Assembly (NCBI RefSeq): GCF_006345805.1
Contig: NC_043022.1
Location: 5,394,001-5,458,000, forward strand
Direction: 5' to 3'
DNA length: 64,000 nucleotides
Source: Octopus sinensis
Taxonomy: Eukaryota
The notes under the pieces are model-generated. The model was not told the DNA's origin. It did no database searches and saw only the letters and a program-made list of their open reading frames with translations. The translations under genes were made by a program, and so were the position numbers. This document shows positions 1 through 12,229 of this stretch, piece after piece; within the stretch, counting starts at the first letter, position 1, and every line of letters starts with the position of its first letter.

Positions 1-1181
1 AGGGTCGGGAATGACCATGGGATTGCACCGTAAAGTTCCCCTCTGTGGCACATGTCTGGGCAAGGTTGTTTATGGAAGACCAGCAGTCACCCTTCTTCAC
101 ACCATTAGGTACATAGGGTAAAGGGGAATGACCATGGGATGCACCTGTAAAGTTCCCCTCTGTGGAACATGGGCAGGTGTTTATGGAAGACCGCAGTCAC
201 CCTTCTTCACACCATTTAGGGTACATAGGGTAAGGGAAGACCATGGGATTGCACCTGTAAAGTCCCCTCTGTGGCCACATGTCTGGGCAAGGTTGTTTAT
301 GGAAGACAGCAGTCACCCTCTTCACACCATTATAGGTAATAGGGTTAAAAAGGGAAGACCATGGGATTGCACCTGTAAAGTTCCCCTCGTGGCACATGTC
401 TGGGCAAGGTTGTTTATGGAAGACCAGCAGTCACCCTTCTTCACACCATTATAGGTACATAGGGTAAAGGGGAATGACCATGGGATTGCACCTGTAAAGT
501 TCCCCTCTGTGGCACATGTCTGGGCAAGGTTGTTTATGGAAGACCAGCAGTCACCCTTCTTCACACCATTATAGGTACATAGGGTAAAGGGGAATGACCA
601 TGGGATTGCACCTGTAAATTCCCTCTGTGGCACATGTCTGGGCAAGGTTGTTTTGGAAGACAGCAGTCACCTCTTCACACCATTATAGGTACATAGGGTA
701 AAGGGGAGAAAGACCCCCTTTGGTCATGAATGACCATGGGATGCACCTGTAAAGTTCCCCTCTGTGGCACAAGTCTGGGCAAGGTTGTTTATGGAAGACC
801 AGCAGCACCCTTCTTCCCATTATAGGTACATAGGGTAAAGGGGAATGACCATGGGATTGCACCTAGAAAGTTCCCCTCTGAGGCACATGTCTGGGCAAGG
901 TTGTTTATGGAAGACCAGCAGTCACCCTTCTTCACACCATTATAGGTACATAGGGTAAAGGGGAAAGACCCCCTTTGGTCATGAATGACCATGGGATTGC
1001 ACCTGTAAAGTTCCCCTCTGTGGCACAAGTCTGGGCAAGGTTGTTTATGGAAGACCAGCAGTCACCCTTCTTCACACCATTATAGGTACATAGGGTAAAG
1101 GGGAATGACCATGGGATTGCACCTAGAAAGTTCCCCTCTGAGGCACAAGTCTGGGCAAGGTTGTTTATGGAAGACCAGCAG
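1..1181. repeat. Tandem array of 120-bp (some ~140-bp) units derived from the 3' end of SINE family A plus flanking DNA
   Basis: Sequence from 421 and from 541 repeats with a 120-bp period (agaccagcagtcacccttcttcacaccattataggtacatagggtaaagggg...). About 9.5 units. Units near 710 and 965 carry an extra aagaccccctttggtcatga. Runs off the window start. Confidence 0.95.
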
Positions 1182-1400
1182 CTGCCCGTGCATTCCAGCT
1201 TCCCCTCCTTTCCACGCCACTGATGTTACCCAAGGGAAAGGCAAAGGGGCCAATACAGCTTGACACCAGTGATATTGCAACTCATTTCTACAGATGAGTG
1301 AATTGGAGCAAAGTGAAATAAAGTGTCTTGCTCAAGAACACAACACACAGCCTGGTCTGGGATTAGAACTCACAACTTCACAGTTGCAAGCCTTACAATC
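1100..1400 (-). mobile_element. tRNA-derived CORE-type SINE, family A (source copy of the array)
   Basis: Reverse complement of the family A copies at 39430-39725, 46171-46434 and 49416-49750. Contains aagtgtcttgctcaagaacaca (CORE-like) and a degenerate B-box. Confidence 0.8.
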
Positions 1401-1485
1401 TGGGGAGTTTATTTTAATGGCCTACCAATGTATAGTGCTGGGAGATACTCGGCCACAAATGGAATCAAAATTGAAAGAACAGGAT

Positions 1486-2092
<607 letters not shown>

Positions 2093-2110
2093 AATAATAA
2101 TAATAATAAT

Positions 2111-2345
2111 TCCCATAGTACTCATGGGAACTGCCCATATCCTACAAAAGATATTGTCTAAGTAATCTCAAATTTTAAAACAAACTCATAATTTTCTGTT
2201 TTCTTAAACATTCTTTTGAACAATATCATGGGCAAAACCAAATATATGACACCCTAGGCAATAGCATCAACATGAACTTCTAATTTGTTGTCTCTTGAGG
2301 TCTCTGGGTGAGACTTGCAGCTGACTTGTACAAAGCAAGTCAAAC

Positions 2346-2350
<5 letters not shown>
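2111..2350 (+). mobile_element. Second R4/Dong-like 3' end fragment
   Basis: Translates IVLMGTAHILQKILSK*, followed by a 3' UTR that ends in (TAA)n. Also preceded by (TAA)n. Confidence 0.65.
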
Positions 2351-2391
<41 letters not shown>

Positions 2392-2399
2392 TTTGTGGG

Positions 2400-2640
2400 T
2401 GGAGATAAGTTGATTACATTAAGCCCAGGTTTCCATTGGTAATTATTTTATTTATCCTGAAAGGATGAAAGACAAAGTCAGCCTTAACGGAATTTGAATC
2501 CAGGAAGTAAAGATGGATGAAATGCTGTTCAGCATTTTGCCCTGAAGAACTCAGTGGAAATTGAGCTGAAAATGTAGAGATGAATAAAATGTTTGTAAGC
2601 ATTGTATCCAGCCAACAATTCTGTTAGCTCACTGCCTTAA
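2400..2640 (-). mobile_element. Degenerate SINE family C
   Basis: aaaggatgaaagacaaagtcagccttaacggaatttgaa matches the reverse complement of the family C core. Confidence 0.7.
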
Positions 2641-2655
2641 ATAATAATAATGATG

Positions 2656-2737
<82 letters not shown>

Positions 2738-2738
<1 letters not shown>

Positions 2739-3101
2739 TGAAGCACTCAGAGAGCGCAAACCTCCACCAAGGCAACACCAATGTCCTCTCAACGATTAGC
2801 CAGAGATGATTTTTAAAATGAGAACATCTGAAATAAACTCAATTGCTCTCCCAAACACGAGAATAATAAAGATGAACCCGAACCGCTCTCAAAGATTAAG
2901 CAAAAGAAAACAGGAAAAATAATCCAGAATCCTTGTCTGGTACCAGATTGATCCCAAAATCTAATCAGTTTGTGCCAGTCATGAGGTCAAAGTTTCATCC
3001 GAATCCATTCAGCAATTCTTGAGATACCTTGCCTGTGAACAAACAAATAAACAAACAAACATGACTGAAAACAACACCTCCACCTTAGTGAAGGCGGAGC
3101 T
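2738..3101 (+). mobile_element. Non-autonomous element inserted in (TAA)n, Helentron-associated (HINE)-like
   Basis: Starts gaagcactcagagagcgcaaacctccaccaagg. Internal aaagtttcatccgaatcc and (aaac)n. 3' hairpin ctccaccttagtgaaggcggag resembles the 5' subterminal motif. Class assigned by resemblance only. Confidence 0.5.
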
Positions 3102-3603
3102 AATAATAATAATAATAATATCAATTACAGGGCAATTTTGGAAATCATAACCACATATTTTATTACCTCAAATGGATAATCAGTGAAGTTGACTCATGTA
3201 GGACTTGAACTCACAACACCTAGTCAACTATATTTATTGTGTGAACTTTAGAAGGTTAAATTCTAATTTCCTGAAATTATTTCCTCTTTTCTTTGAGAGT
3301 CACAAACAATTACCGCTAGGTCTTTGTTTCTTTTTCTCTCAAACAAAATAAACAGATTATTTCAATTAATTAGGAATTGCTTTCATTTGACATTTCAGTA
3401 GGGGAGTTGTTAACTTAATTATACGTATAACTATGTGATAATATGTTCAAATACCAGACTGCCACTTCAGGGCTGACACCAACACCCAAATACATCCAAA
3501 GCAGTTTATAAAGGGATTGGTGTTAGGAAGGACTTCAAGCTGTAGAAAGGCCCCCACTCAAAATAGAATGTTTGGAGTGAGTTATGGCCCCCTCACTCAT
3601 TTG

Positions 3604-3856
3604 TAGAGGTATGTGGGCTTAGTGGTTAGGGCTGTTGGACTCATGATTGTGAAATTGTGGTTTCAATTCCTGGACCAAGCAACACATTGTGATCTTGAGC
3701 AAAACACTTCATTTCACATTACTCAAGTCCACTGAGTTGGCAAAAATGAGTTAATCCTGTGATGGACTCATGTCCCATCCAGGTGAGGAATGTATCTGCC
3801 ATGGAAACCAGCTCTTATGAGCTGACATGACTTGAGAAGGTAACCTTTACCTTTTT
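3604..3856 (+). mobile_element. tRNA-derived CORE-type SINE, family D, with 12-bp TSD
   Basis: A-box ggcttagtggttagg, B-box ggtttcaattcc, CORE-like tcttgagcaaaacacttc, tail aacctttacctt. TSD ctcactcatttg at 3592-3603 and 3857-3868. Confidence 0.85.
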
Positions 3857-4517
3857 CTCACTCATTTGGGAGATGAACTTTAAATTTAGAACTCACACAG
3901 AGTACCAAAATCTGTCCAACCGACTTGGAAAGTGGACAGAAAAATGACATTAAGGTCTTGCTTGGATTAACACCACCACATCAACTATAGAACTCAACAT
4001 TTTAGAATTTAAGTCACCTAAGTCTACAGGGAACACCTCTGTCATGAGTATCTGAGCAAGAGAGTAACTTAGTGTTATATTTTGGGATAAGTCTGTTTTC
4101 ATTTTTTTTTTAATTGTCAAATAGACACGTACTGTATATTTGTTTTTTACTTACAGAACAGGAATAGACACATGGGGGTGAGAGTTGCTGAAGAGGTCAC
4201 AGAAAGGGTGATGAAAGATTTTCAGACAAAGGACATGAAATAAGAGCACTAATAAAATAAATTTCAAGATCGAGTATTTAGTCCGTGTGCTTATTTGGCA
4301 AAAAAAAAAGAAAGAAAAAAATGACAATCCGAAAATAAAACAATATCTGTTTCAGCCCACGGTTTCACATCAGGAATTTTGCAACACAAATTCATAAACG
4401 TGATAACTTATTTCCTACTTTTTATCAATTTTTTAGAAGCTGTGAATTGGAATGTGGAAAAAGAAGAAACAAACGGAAACATTCACACAACACTTAATAA
4501 ATAAGAAGATCCCTTAC

Positions 4518-4550
4518 CTGTAACTTCTTAGAGTGAGAGGAGCATCACAG
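4518..4550 (-). CDS. Candidate 33-nt symmetric coding micro-exon (xCDAPLTLRSYx) of an unidentified gene
   Basis: Minus strand: tttttgcttttgttttacag|CTGTGATGCTCCTCTCACTCTAAGAAGTTACAG|gtaagg. Strong acceptor and donor, length divisible by 3, one open frame, unique (non-repeat) context. Confidence 0.45.
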
Positions 4551-4680
4551 CTGTAAAACAAAAGCAAAAAACGGTTAGGGAATGAGTTAAGAAAATGATC
4601 ACGGCACAAAAGAAATGGAAAACTTGACTATTTCGATACCAGATCTGTCTGCAATCACCTCTGGTTCTATCACACTGGTC

Positions 4681-5089
4681 TACTCTCTTTACTTGTTTCA
4701 GTCATTTGAATGCGGCCATGCTGGAGCACCGCCTTAGTCAAGCAAATCGACCCCGGGACTTATTCTTTGTAAGCCCAGTACTTATTCTATCGGTCTCTTT
4801 TGCCGAACCGCTAAGTGACGGGGACGTAAATACACACCAGCATCGGTTGTCAAGCAATGCTAGGGGGACAAACACAGACACACAAACACATACACATACA
4901 TACATATACATATATATACATATATACGACAGGCTTCTTTCAGTTTCCGTCTACCAAATTCACTCACAAGGCATTGGTCGGCCCGGGGCTATAGCAGAAG
5001 ACACTTGCCCAAGATGCCACGCAGTGGGATTGAACCCAGAACCATGTGGTTGGTTAGCAAGCTACTTACCACACAGCCACTCCTGCGCC
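4681..5089 (-). mobile_element. Full-length tRNA-derived SINE family B with internal (TA)/(CA) microsatellite
   Basis: Head ggcgcaggagtggctgtgtggt..gggttcaatccc, CORE-like cttgggcaagtgtctt, internal microsatellite, (agtaaa/agag) tail. About 20 full or partial copies in the window. Confidence 0.9.
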
Positions 5090-6329
5090 TAAAACTTGCC
5101 ATGATTAGAGTGAGTTTGCTAAATTATGTTCTAAGCATCGGCTTAATAATGAAAACAAAGTTTGTTTTTGCTAAATCCCTACAAATTCTTGATTGTGTTT
5201 TGGAAAATTAATTGAAAATTATGGCTGTGAACAATGTTTCTCATTAGAAATATGGTAATGAAAGGGCTTCCATCGTGTTTTATAATGTAAATGGTATTCA
5301 TTAACACAACAACAACAACAAGAAAAATAGCAGAATCAATGGAAATTTATTCATAGACTGAACATTTTCAATATGACATGTATATACATATACACACATC
5401 TATATACACACTTGCACACACACACACACATATGTGCACAGTTTTTGCAAAGCTGCCTTCTGGTTGTTTATTTAGCCCTGTCTTCTACCTTTGGTTGACG
5501 AACCGTTTTTAGTTCTCCCCCTCCACCCTTTCCTTATATCTTATACACACACACACACACTAATTCATACATACACACACTAATTCAAACACATTCACAC
5601 ATGCACTCTGATTCACAAAAATACTCACTGTCACTCTCTCTCTCTCTAGTTCACACACACACACACACTAATTCATACATACACACACTAATTCAAACAC
5701 ACACACACATGCACTCTCTTTTTCCTTCTCTCTGATTCACACATACACACACACACACACTCACTAATTTACACACTCACACACATGCACTTTCTCTTTT
5801 TCTCTGGTTCATACAGACACACACACTAATTCACACACACATACTGTAATCCATACATACAAACACACACACTCTAATTCACAAACACACACACACACAC
5901 ACACTCTCTAATTCACAAACACTCACACACATGCACTTTCTTTCTCTTTCTCTCTGGTTCATGCACACACACACACACACACACACACTCTCTTTCCCTC
6001 TGATACCCCCCACCCCCACCCGCCTTTATCTGCCAGTTCCTCCTTACAGAGACAATATTCGTGGCATAAAAGCAAATCCCAGAAGTGAATCGACCAAAAC
6101 TGATTTCCTTTATTTTACAGAAAAGCAAAACAGACAACTGGAAATCCTGTCTCCTGTTCTCTACTACATGTGCCACATTCACAACACATGGTATTGGCAG
6201 AATCATTGGATGGTCGGGCCAAAATACCTTTACTTTCTAAATTCAAATCCCGCCAAAGGTAACTTTTACCCTTTCTCAGCACCAGCCAAGAATTGCTATC
6301 TTAATATTTCAATAAGGCATAAAAAAAGT

Positions 6330-6530
6330 GAGCTGGCAGAATTGTTAGAACACCAGGTAACATGCTTAGCAGCATTTCGTCCATCTGAGTTCAAACTCTA
6401 CTGAGGCCGACTTTGCTTTTTCCTCCTTCTGAGATTGATGAAGTAAATACCAATTGAGCACGAAGGTTGATGCAATCAATTTACCTCTCCCCCAAAATTG
6501 CTGGCCTTGTGCCAAAATTTGAAATTATTA
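6330..6530 (+). mobile_element. Degenerate SINE family C
   Basis: gagctggcagaattgttag..gagttcaaa..gactttgctttt..ggccttgtgcc. Confidence 0.7.
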
Positions 6531-6535
6531 TTATT

Positions 6536-6942
6536 ATTCTGGTTTGGCTCAGGTTTGGTCTTGTTCCTGGTAGGATTTATGTGGGTAGCGGGTTACTACC
6601 TTGTAACCTCAGGTATCCACAAGTTTCCAGCAGTCTATCAAGTGCTTAAAACCCTTCTGATAATCCTCACTGTCCTTAAGAGACAAACTTTCTGTCAGAA
6701 CTCAACTGGGCAGTCTATTCTAATCTCCTTCAGCCATTTCTCTATATCTTTGCTTTCTGTTCCCAACGCACCAATTATTATAGGGACAACCTTTACTGCT
6801 TTCATGCTCCAAATTCTCCCTATTTCAAATTTTAAGGGATTGTATTTTTTGTGTTTCATCCTCTTCCTTTACAATCCTGGAATTAAACAGACAAGATGGA
6901 TCAATCAGTAAGCAACTTCACTTTTCCTTGTCTATAATTATT
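6536..6942 (-). mobile_element. Third R4/Dong-like RLE retrotransposon fragment
   Basis: Minus-strand translation CLLIDPSCLF..LKFEIGRIWSMKAVKVVPIIIGALG..QKVCLLRTVRIIRRVLST*. 3' end runs into (TAA)n. Confidence 0.8.
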
Positions 6943-7164
6943 ATGTATTTATATAGACAACAAGCTTCTTTCAGTTTCCATCTACTAAATTCACTCACAA
7001 GGCTTTTGTTGGCTTCAGACTCTAGTAGAAGACATTTGCCCAAGGTTCCTTCCATGCACTGGGACTGAACCTGGAACTACATGGTTGAGAAGCAAGCTTC
7101 TTACCCATGCGACCAGGCCTGTGCAAGTCTACATGTTAACCCATTTGATACCAATTTGCCAAGT

Positions 7165-7483
7165 TCTTTGGTCAACCACCTCACCAATAACAACACTGAA
7201 CACCTTTTTGATCTCCATGTGTCTAACACACGTGGACATGCCTACAAAGTCAGAAAACAACACAGCTCCCAAGACTTTCGGAAACATTTCTTCATGCTCA
7301 GAGTTGCTGAAGCATGGAATAAACTGCCTGCGTCAGTTGTTGACTGCCATGACACTGCATCCTTTAAGGCCCTCATGCTTTCCGAAATCCGCCGAAACTA
7401 CACCTGATTATATATACACTTTAGATGAGTTGTAGTGCACCTGAGCACTGTACACAATTATTATTATTATTATTTTATTATTA
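7165..7483 (+). mobile_element. CR1-like LINE 3' end
   Basis: TRGHAYKVRK..RKHFFMLRVAEAWNKLPASVV..SFK is the CR1 ORF2 C-terminal signature. Short 3' UTR and (ATT)n tail. Second copy at 33190-33362 (-). Confidence 0.85.
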
Positions 7484-7671
7484 TAAATTCCTTGTTTTGA
7501 AGAGGTCTGACTAAATTAAAACATTCCATCAAAATTCCATGTTCATTTATATTCCAAACCCCAGGTTAAGAATTTAATAATTCTTCATTATTTGGCAACA
7601 AAGACGTTTCCACAGAAATAGGCAAACAAAAGGTGTTAATGTATTCACATATTTCAGAGAAGGCATTCTGT

Positions 7672-7897
7672 TATTCTTTTACTTGTTTCAGTCATTTGGC
7701 TGTGCCCATGCTGGAGTACTGTCTTTAGTCGAGCAACTCGACCACACGACTTATTCGTTGTAAGCCTAGTACTTATTCTATAGGTCTCTTTTTGCTGAAC
7801 TGCTAGGTTACGAGGATGTAAACACACCAATGATGGTGTGGTGGTGGGGGGGACAAACACAGATGCACAAATACATACACACACACATATACATACA

Positions 7898-7947
<50 letters not shown>

Positions 7948-8115
7948 TATACACGACGGACTTCTTTCAGTTTCCATCTACCAAATCCACTCACAAGACT
8001 TTGGTCAGCCCAAAGCTATAGTAGAAGACACTTGCCCAAGATGCCATGCAGTGGGATTGTACCTGGAACCATGTGGTTGGGAAGTAAGCTTCTTACCACA
8101 CAGCCACTCCTGCGG
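7672..8115 (-). mobile_element. SINE family B
   Basis: Colinear with 4681-5089. Confidence 0.85.
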
Positions 8116-8139
8116 TATGTAATTATTATCAAAATTCTT

Positions 8140-9010
8140 GAGTAAAATTGACCAAAACGGAACCATTGTTCTCAAGAAAATCAAAAGATGAATAGTGATG
8201 GCAAAATGTGCCTTTTCAAAAATGTGTAACATCTTGAGATTCTGTAGTCTGAGCATCAAGACCAGTAGCCATTTGCTGAACTGCTATGTCTATCTTGTGT
8301 TAATGTATGGAAGTGAGGCATGGTCTGTAACAGTGACTCACAATGTGGGTGGTACTGCCCCACCTGTGGATGGTGGAAAGATCAAGAGGTATGTTGAAGC
8401 AAAGTGAGTGATAATAGGGTGGCCAAAAGGGGGCGATGGATGTAACCCTACCTCCCACCAAAAAAAAAAATAACGCGTTATTTAGGTTAAGTTTTATTTG
8501 TGAAATACTGTTGTTTTGAATTTGCTGCAGGAAGTGGTGCTGAGTGGGTGGGGGGTGTTAGGGATGTAGCTCAAATGTTAAGGGGGCGGCAGCTCAAAAA
8601 AGTTAGGGAACCACTGGTCTATGGCATCAGAAATGAGAAGAGGCTTGGAGAGCTGTGAAATGTGGTTCTTAAGGGGAATTTTGAGGATAGCATGAACTGA
8701 CAAAGTGTCCAATGAAGAGGGGATGACCCCTTGCATAGTGGAAAATAGGAAACTGCTTCGAGAGATGAGGGTCAAGCAACTGAGATTTCTTGGTCATGTG
8801 ATGAGGAAAGAGGGCCCGGAAAATTTAATGATGATCGGAAAGGTGGGGGAAGAAGGATGGTCTAGATGTCAAGCTTGAGGAGCTGGCTGGAAGAAAGAGG
8901 CATTAAAACATCAGGAAAGTGGAACCATTACAGAAACCAAAGGGCAAAGGATCGTGGTAGAACACGATCACCTATGTCCTACATTCTGGATATGGCACCT
9001 AAAAGAAGAC
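8140..9010 (+). mobile_element. Decayed RTE-clade LINE 3' region, interrupted by a MITE
   Basis: MAKCAFSKM..LMYGSEAWS, then after 8616 CEMWFLRGILRI..KQLRFLGHVMRK: typical RTE post-RT motifs. Confidence 0.8.
8331..8616. mobile_element. hAT/Charlie-like MITE
   Basis: Ends cagtgactc...gggaaccactg. Degenerate 8-bp TSD gtctgtaa/gtctatgg. Splits the RTE reading frame. Confidence 0.65.
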
Positions 9011-9376
9011 AAACAACATAAAAAAAAAAACTGGAAGAAAAAACAGCAAGAATCGCAGGACAAAGCAGTAAACATCAAAGAGGGTTGATGGATACTCACG
9101 GTACCGAATGACCATTATAGATTGTTATGGAATATTTTTAACTACAACAAACCTTTGAAATTAAGAGGCATTAAAAGAGTTAAGATGCCATATATTTGGT
9201 TATTATTCTAGCAGACTGACAAAACCAAAAAAACAAAGAATTTAAGTAACAAAAGAAGAAAACCATTTTTTGAAAAACACATTTTCCTCCAAATACTTTT
9301 AGAAATAGCAGCTTTCTTCTCACCGTTTTTTTTTTAATAATAAATCTTTTTTTTTTTTTTTTACTTTTTCTGATTC

Positions 9377-9483
9377 CTATAGAAATATTGTTGTATCAGT
9401 GGTATTGTTGTTGGTGTTATTGTCGTTGCTTCTTTTAACTTCTTCTGAATGTGGAGAAGGCAGTTCGCAAGAATTAGATCTTT
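9377..9483 (-). CDS. Candidate terminal coding exon (RSNSCELPSPHSEEVKRSNDNNTNNNTTDTTIFL*)
   Basis: Long (CT)n pyrimidine tract, then cagtaaatag|AA AGA TCT.. and 34 open codons to TAG. No homology recognised. Confidence 0.25.
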
Positions 9484-9702
9484 CTATTTACTGAGAAGAT
9501 TGAGAGAGAGAGAGAGAGAGAGAGGGAGGGAAAGAAATAGAGGGAGAAAAAGAGAGGTGAAGGTAGAGGGAGGGGATGAAGAGAGAGTAAGATAGAGAGA
9601 GGGAAGAGAGAGATGAAGAGAGGGAGAAAGTGGGAGAGGAGAGGGATGGGGGGAGTAAAGAGGTGGGGGGCTGGTTTATGTCAAGGTGATTCCACAAGCT
9701 GT

Positions 9703-10125
9703 TATTTATTTATTTATTTATTTATTTATTATTATTATTGTTATTATTATTATTATCATTATTGTTATTATTGTTATTATTATCATTATTATTATTATTG
9801 TTATTATTGTCATTATTATCATTATTATTATTATTGTTATTATCGTTATTATTATTATTATTATTATTATTGTTATTATTATCATTATTATTATTATTGT
9901 TATTATTATTATTATTATTATTATCATTATTATTATTATCATTATTATTGTTATTATTATCATTATTATTATTATTGTTATTATTGTTATTATTATCATT
10001 ATTATTGTTATTATTATTGTTATTATTGTTATTATTGTTATTATTATTATTATTATTATTATTGTTATTATTATTATTATTATTGTTATTGTTATTATTA
10101 TTGTTATTGTTATTATTAGTATTAA
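9703..10125. repeat. (TTA)n-based compound microsatellite
   Basis: Directly visible. Confidence 0.97.
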
Positions 10126-10389
10126 TAATATTAACATTTAATACATCAGAAATGGTTGTTAAATGCATTAAAAGAAAATAGTGTTAAATATAATAAATTT
10201 GATTGAATTAAAGGTAAAAAAGGAGGATAAAGAAACTCAAACAATGAGTAAAATATAAATAATGATGATAATAATAATAATAAAATGAAATTTAACACAG
10301 AAAATCATTTTTTATAAACTCAGAGTTTCTGGATTTGAGAAATGTTCCATTCTCAATGTCAAGATTTGTATGGGTTGTATTGTATTGTA

Positions 10390-10720
10390 GTGGTGGTGGT
10401 GGTGGTGGTGATGGTGGGGGTGGCAGTGGTGGTTGTAATGATGGTGGTGGTGGTGGTAGTGGTTGTGATGCTAGTGGTGGTGTTGGTGGTAGTGGTAGTG
10501 GTGGTGGTAGTAGTGGTGGTGTTGGTGATGGTAGAGGTGGGAATGAATGTGGTAGCGGCTGTAGTAGTGTTAGTAATAGTAGCAATGGTGGTGGTGGTGA
10601 TGGTAGTGATGGTGGTGGTGATGGTAGTGATGGTAGCAGCAGTACTAAAAGTGATGGTGGTGGTAGAGCTGGTGGTAGTGGTGGTGGTAGTAGCGGTGAT
10701 GATGATAATGGCAATGGTAG
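10390..10720. repeat. Imperfect (GGT)n array
   Basis: Directly visible. Confidence 0.95.
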
Positions 10721-10899
10721 CACAAGTGTCAATTGAGTAGAGTAAAAAATTTTGCAGATATTTGCACGTGTGTTAGGTTGCAGTATAGGCTGCAGTTTGT
10801 ACACCACATGACCAAAGTAGTTCAAGCTGTGGAAGACCAATATCCTGTGAGGGTGGTAGCATGATGGTGGTTGGTGCACTGACCCATTGAGATTTGCTT

Positions 10900-11593
10900 T
10901 ACTCTAAGCCCTTCTGCTGCAGGGCTTCATACTGCTTGAATGGCCTGGAATAAACTGCAGCAACTCGAGCGAATCAAACAGATGTTAAGCCAAGCGTGTA
11001 GTTCCAACCTTACTCCCTCGGATTATTACCAGTTCCGATCGATGGCTCATTTCCTGCGCTCATGATGCTTCATCAACTGAGAGGAGGTGTAAGGTATAGT
11101 GAAGGAGTTATTTGCCTTGAAGGAACAAGAACTGGTCTCAGCATAGGATCCAAGAGCTGGCAGAAAGGGGTCTTCAGACGATGCCCCATGATAGCCTCTT
11201 CTTTGAATTCTAAGCTGCTTTTGTTGTAATTTACCAAAGTATTGCATAACTTTTGACTCAACACAATAGAACGGAGCATGGATCTGATGCCACACCCAGC
11301 ATATAGTCCAGACCTAGCTCCCTCAGATTATTTTTGTTCCCTTCCATGGCTCACTTCCTGTGTTCATGATGCTTCATCAACTGAGAGGAGGTGGAAGACA
11401 CAGTGAAGGAGTTCTTTGCCTTGAAGGGACAAGAACTGGTCTCAGCATAGGATCCAAGAAGTGGCAGAAAGGGGTCTTCAGACGGTGCAACACGATGGCC
11501 TCTTCTTTGAATTCTTGGCTGCTTTTGGTGTAACTTGATGAATGAATAAAATAATTCACCAGAATATTGCCAAACTTTTCACTCAACATAATA
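10900..11593 (+). mobile_element. Two tandem mariner transposase 3' remnants
   Basis: PHPAYSPDLAPSDY from 11290 and a decayed equivalent near 11000. Each copy ends in a mariner-type right TIR plus TA (acttttgactcaacacaata at ~11268; acttttcactcaacataata at ~11593). Confidence 0.85.
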
Positions 11594-11595
11594 AA

Positions 11596-11938
11596 AGGTA
11601 AAGACCCTTTTCAGTTATAAATGAGCATGGGATTGAACCAAGAAAGTTCCCCTCCAAGGCATAAGTCTAGGCAAGGTTGTTTATGGAAGACCAACAATCT
11701 TCCATGCATATCAGCCTCTCCTCTCCGTCCCACCAATGTTATCCAAGGGAAAGGAAAAGGGGACGATACAGCTTGGCACCAGTGATGTCACAACTCGTTT
11801 CTACAGATGAGTGAACTGGAGCAACGTGAAATAAAGCGTCTTGCTCAAGAACCCAACATACAGCCCAGTTCAGGAATTGAACTCACTTCGTCATGACTGT
11901 AAGCCCCAACCTTCTAACCACTGAGCCATGCATCTTCA
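11596..11938 (-). mobile_element. SINE family A, full length
   Basis: Reverse complement starts gaagatgcatggctcagtggttagaag (A-box), then gagttcaattcc (B-box), CORE-like block and family A body. Confidence 0.85.
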
Positions 11939-12188
11939 CTCAATACAATAGTTACATAATAATGAGAAAGTTATAATGAACAACAGCTTAAACTAAATAA
12001 TTTGCCAAACTTAGGCAACTTTGAAACGTTTAAAAGTCCGAGAGAGAGAAAAGCGAGAGGGAAGAGGTTTTGTAGTTTGTCAAGAGTTTTTCATATACAG
12101 TTATCATCAATTAGGGATAATTTAGGCTTTAAAAAGGGGCTTCCATTGAGACCAAGGCCTCTGTTTAATAACAGCATGTGTGTGAGTG

Positions 12189-12229
<41 letters not shown>

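Noticed and set aside
1-1181. CRISPR-like array or coding ORFs in the 120-bp repeat
   Set aside because: Whole units repeat with no unique spacers, the unit derives from a SINE, there are no cas genes, and the ORFs are by-products of periodicity.
9099-9155. Minus-strand exon ending at a gtgagt donor near 9099
   Set aside because: All frames from the nearby AG acceptors contain stops; the donor alone is insufficient.
9613-10181. Poly-Y/I/L/N ORFs (also 1294-1680, 26503-26937, 60856-61616)
   Set aside because: Translations of (TAA)n microsatellites.
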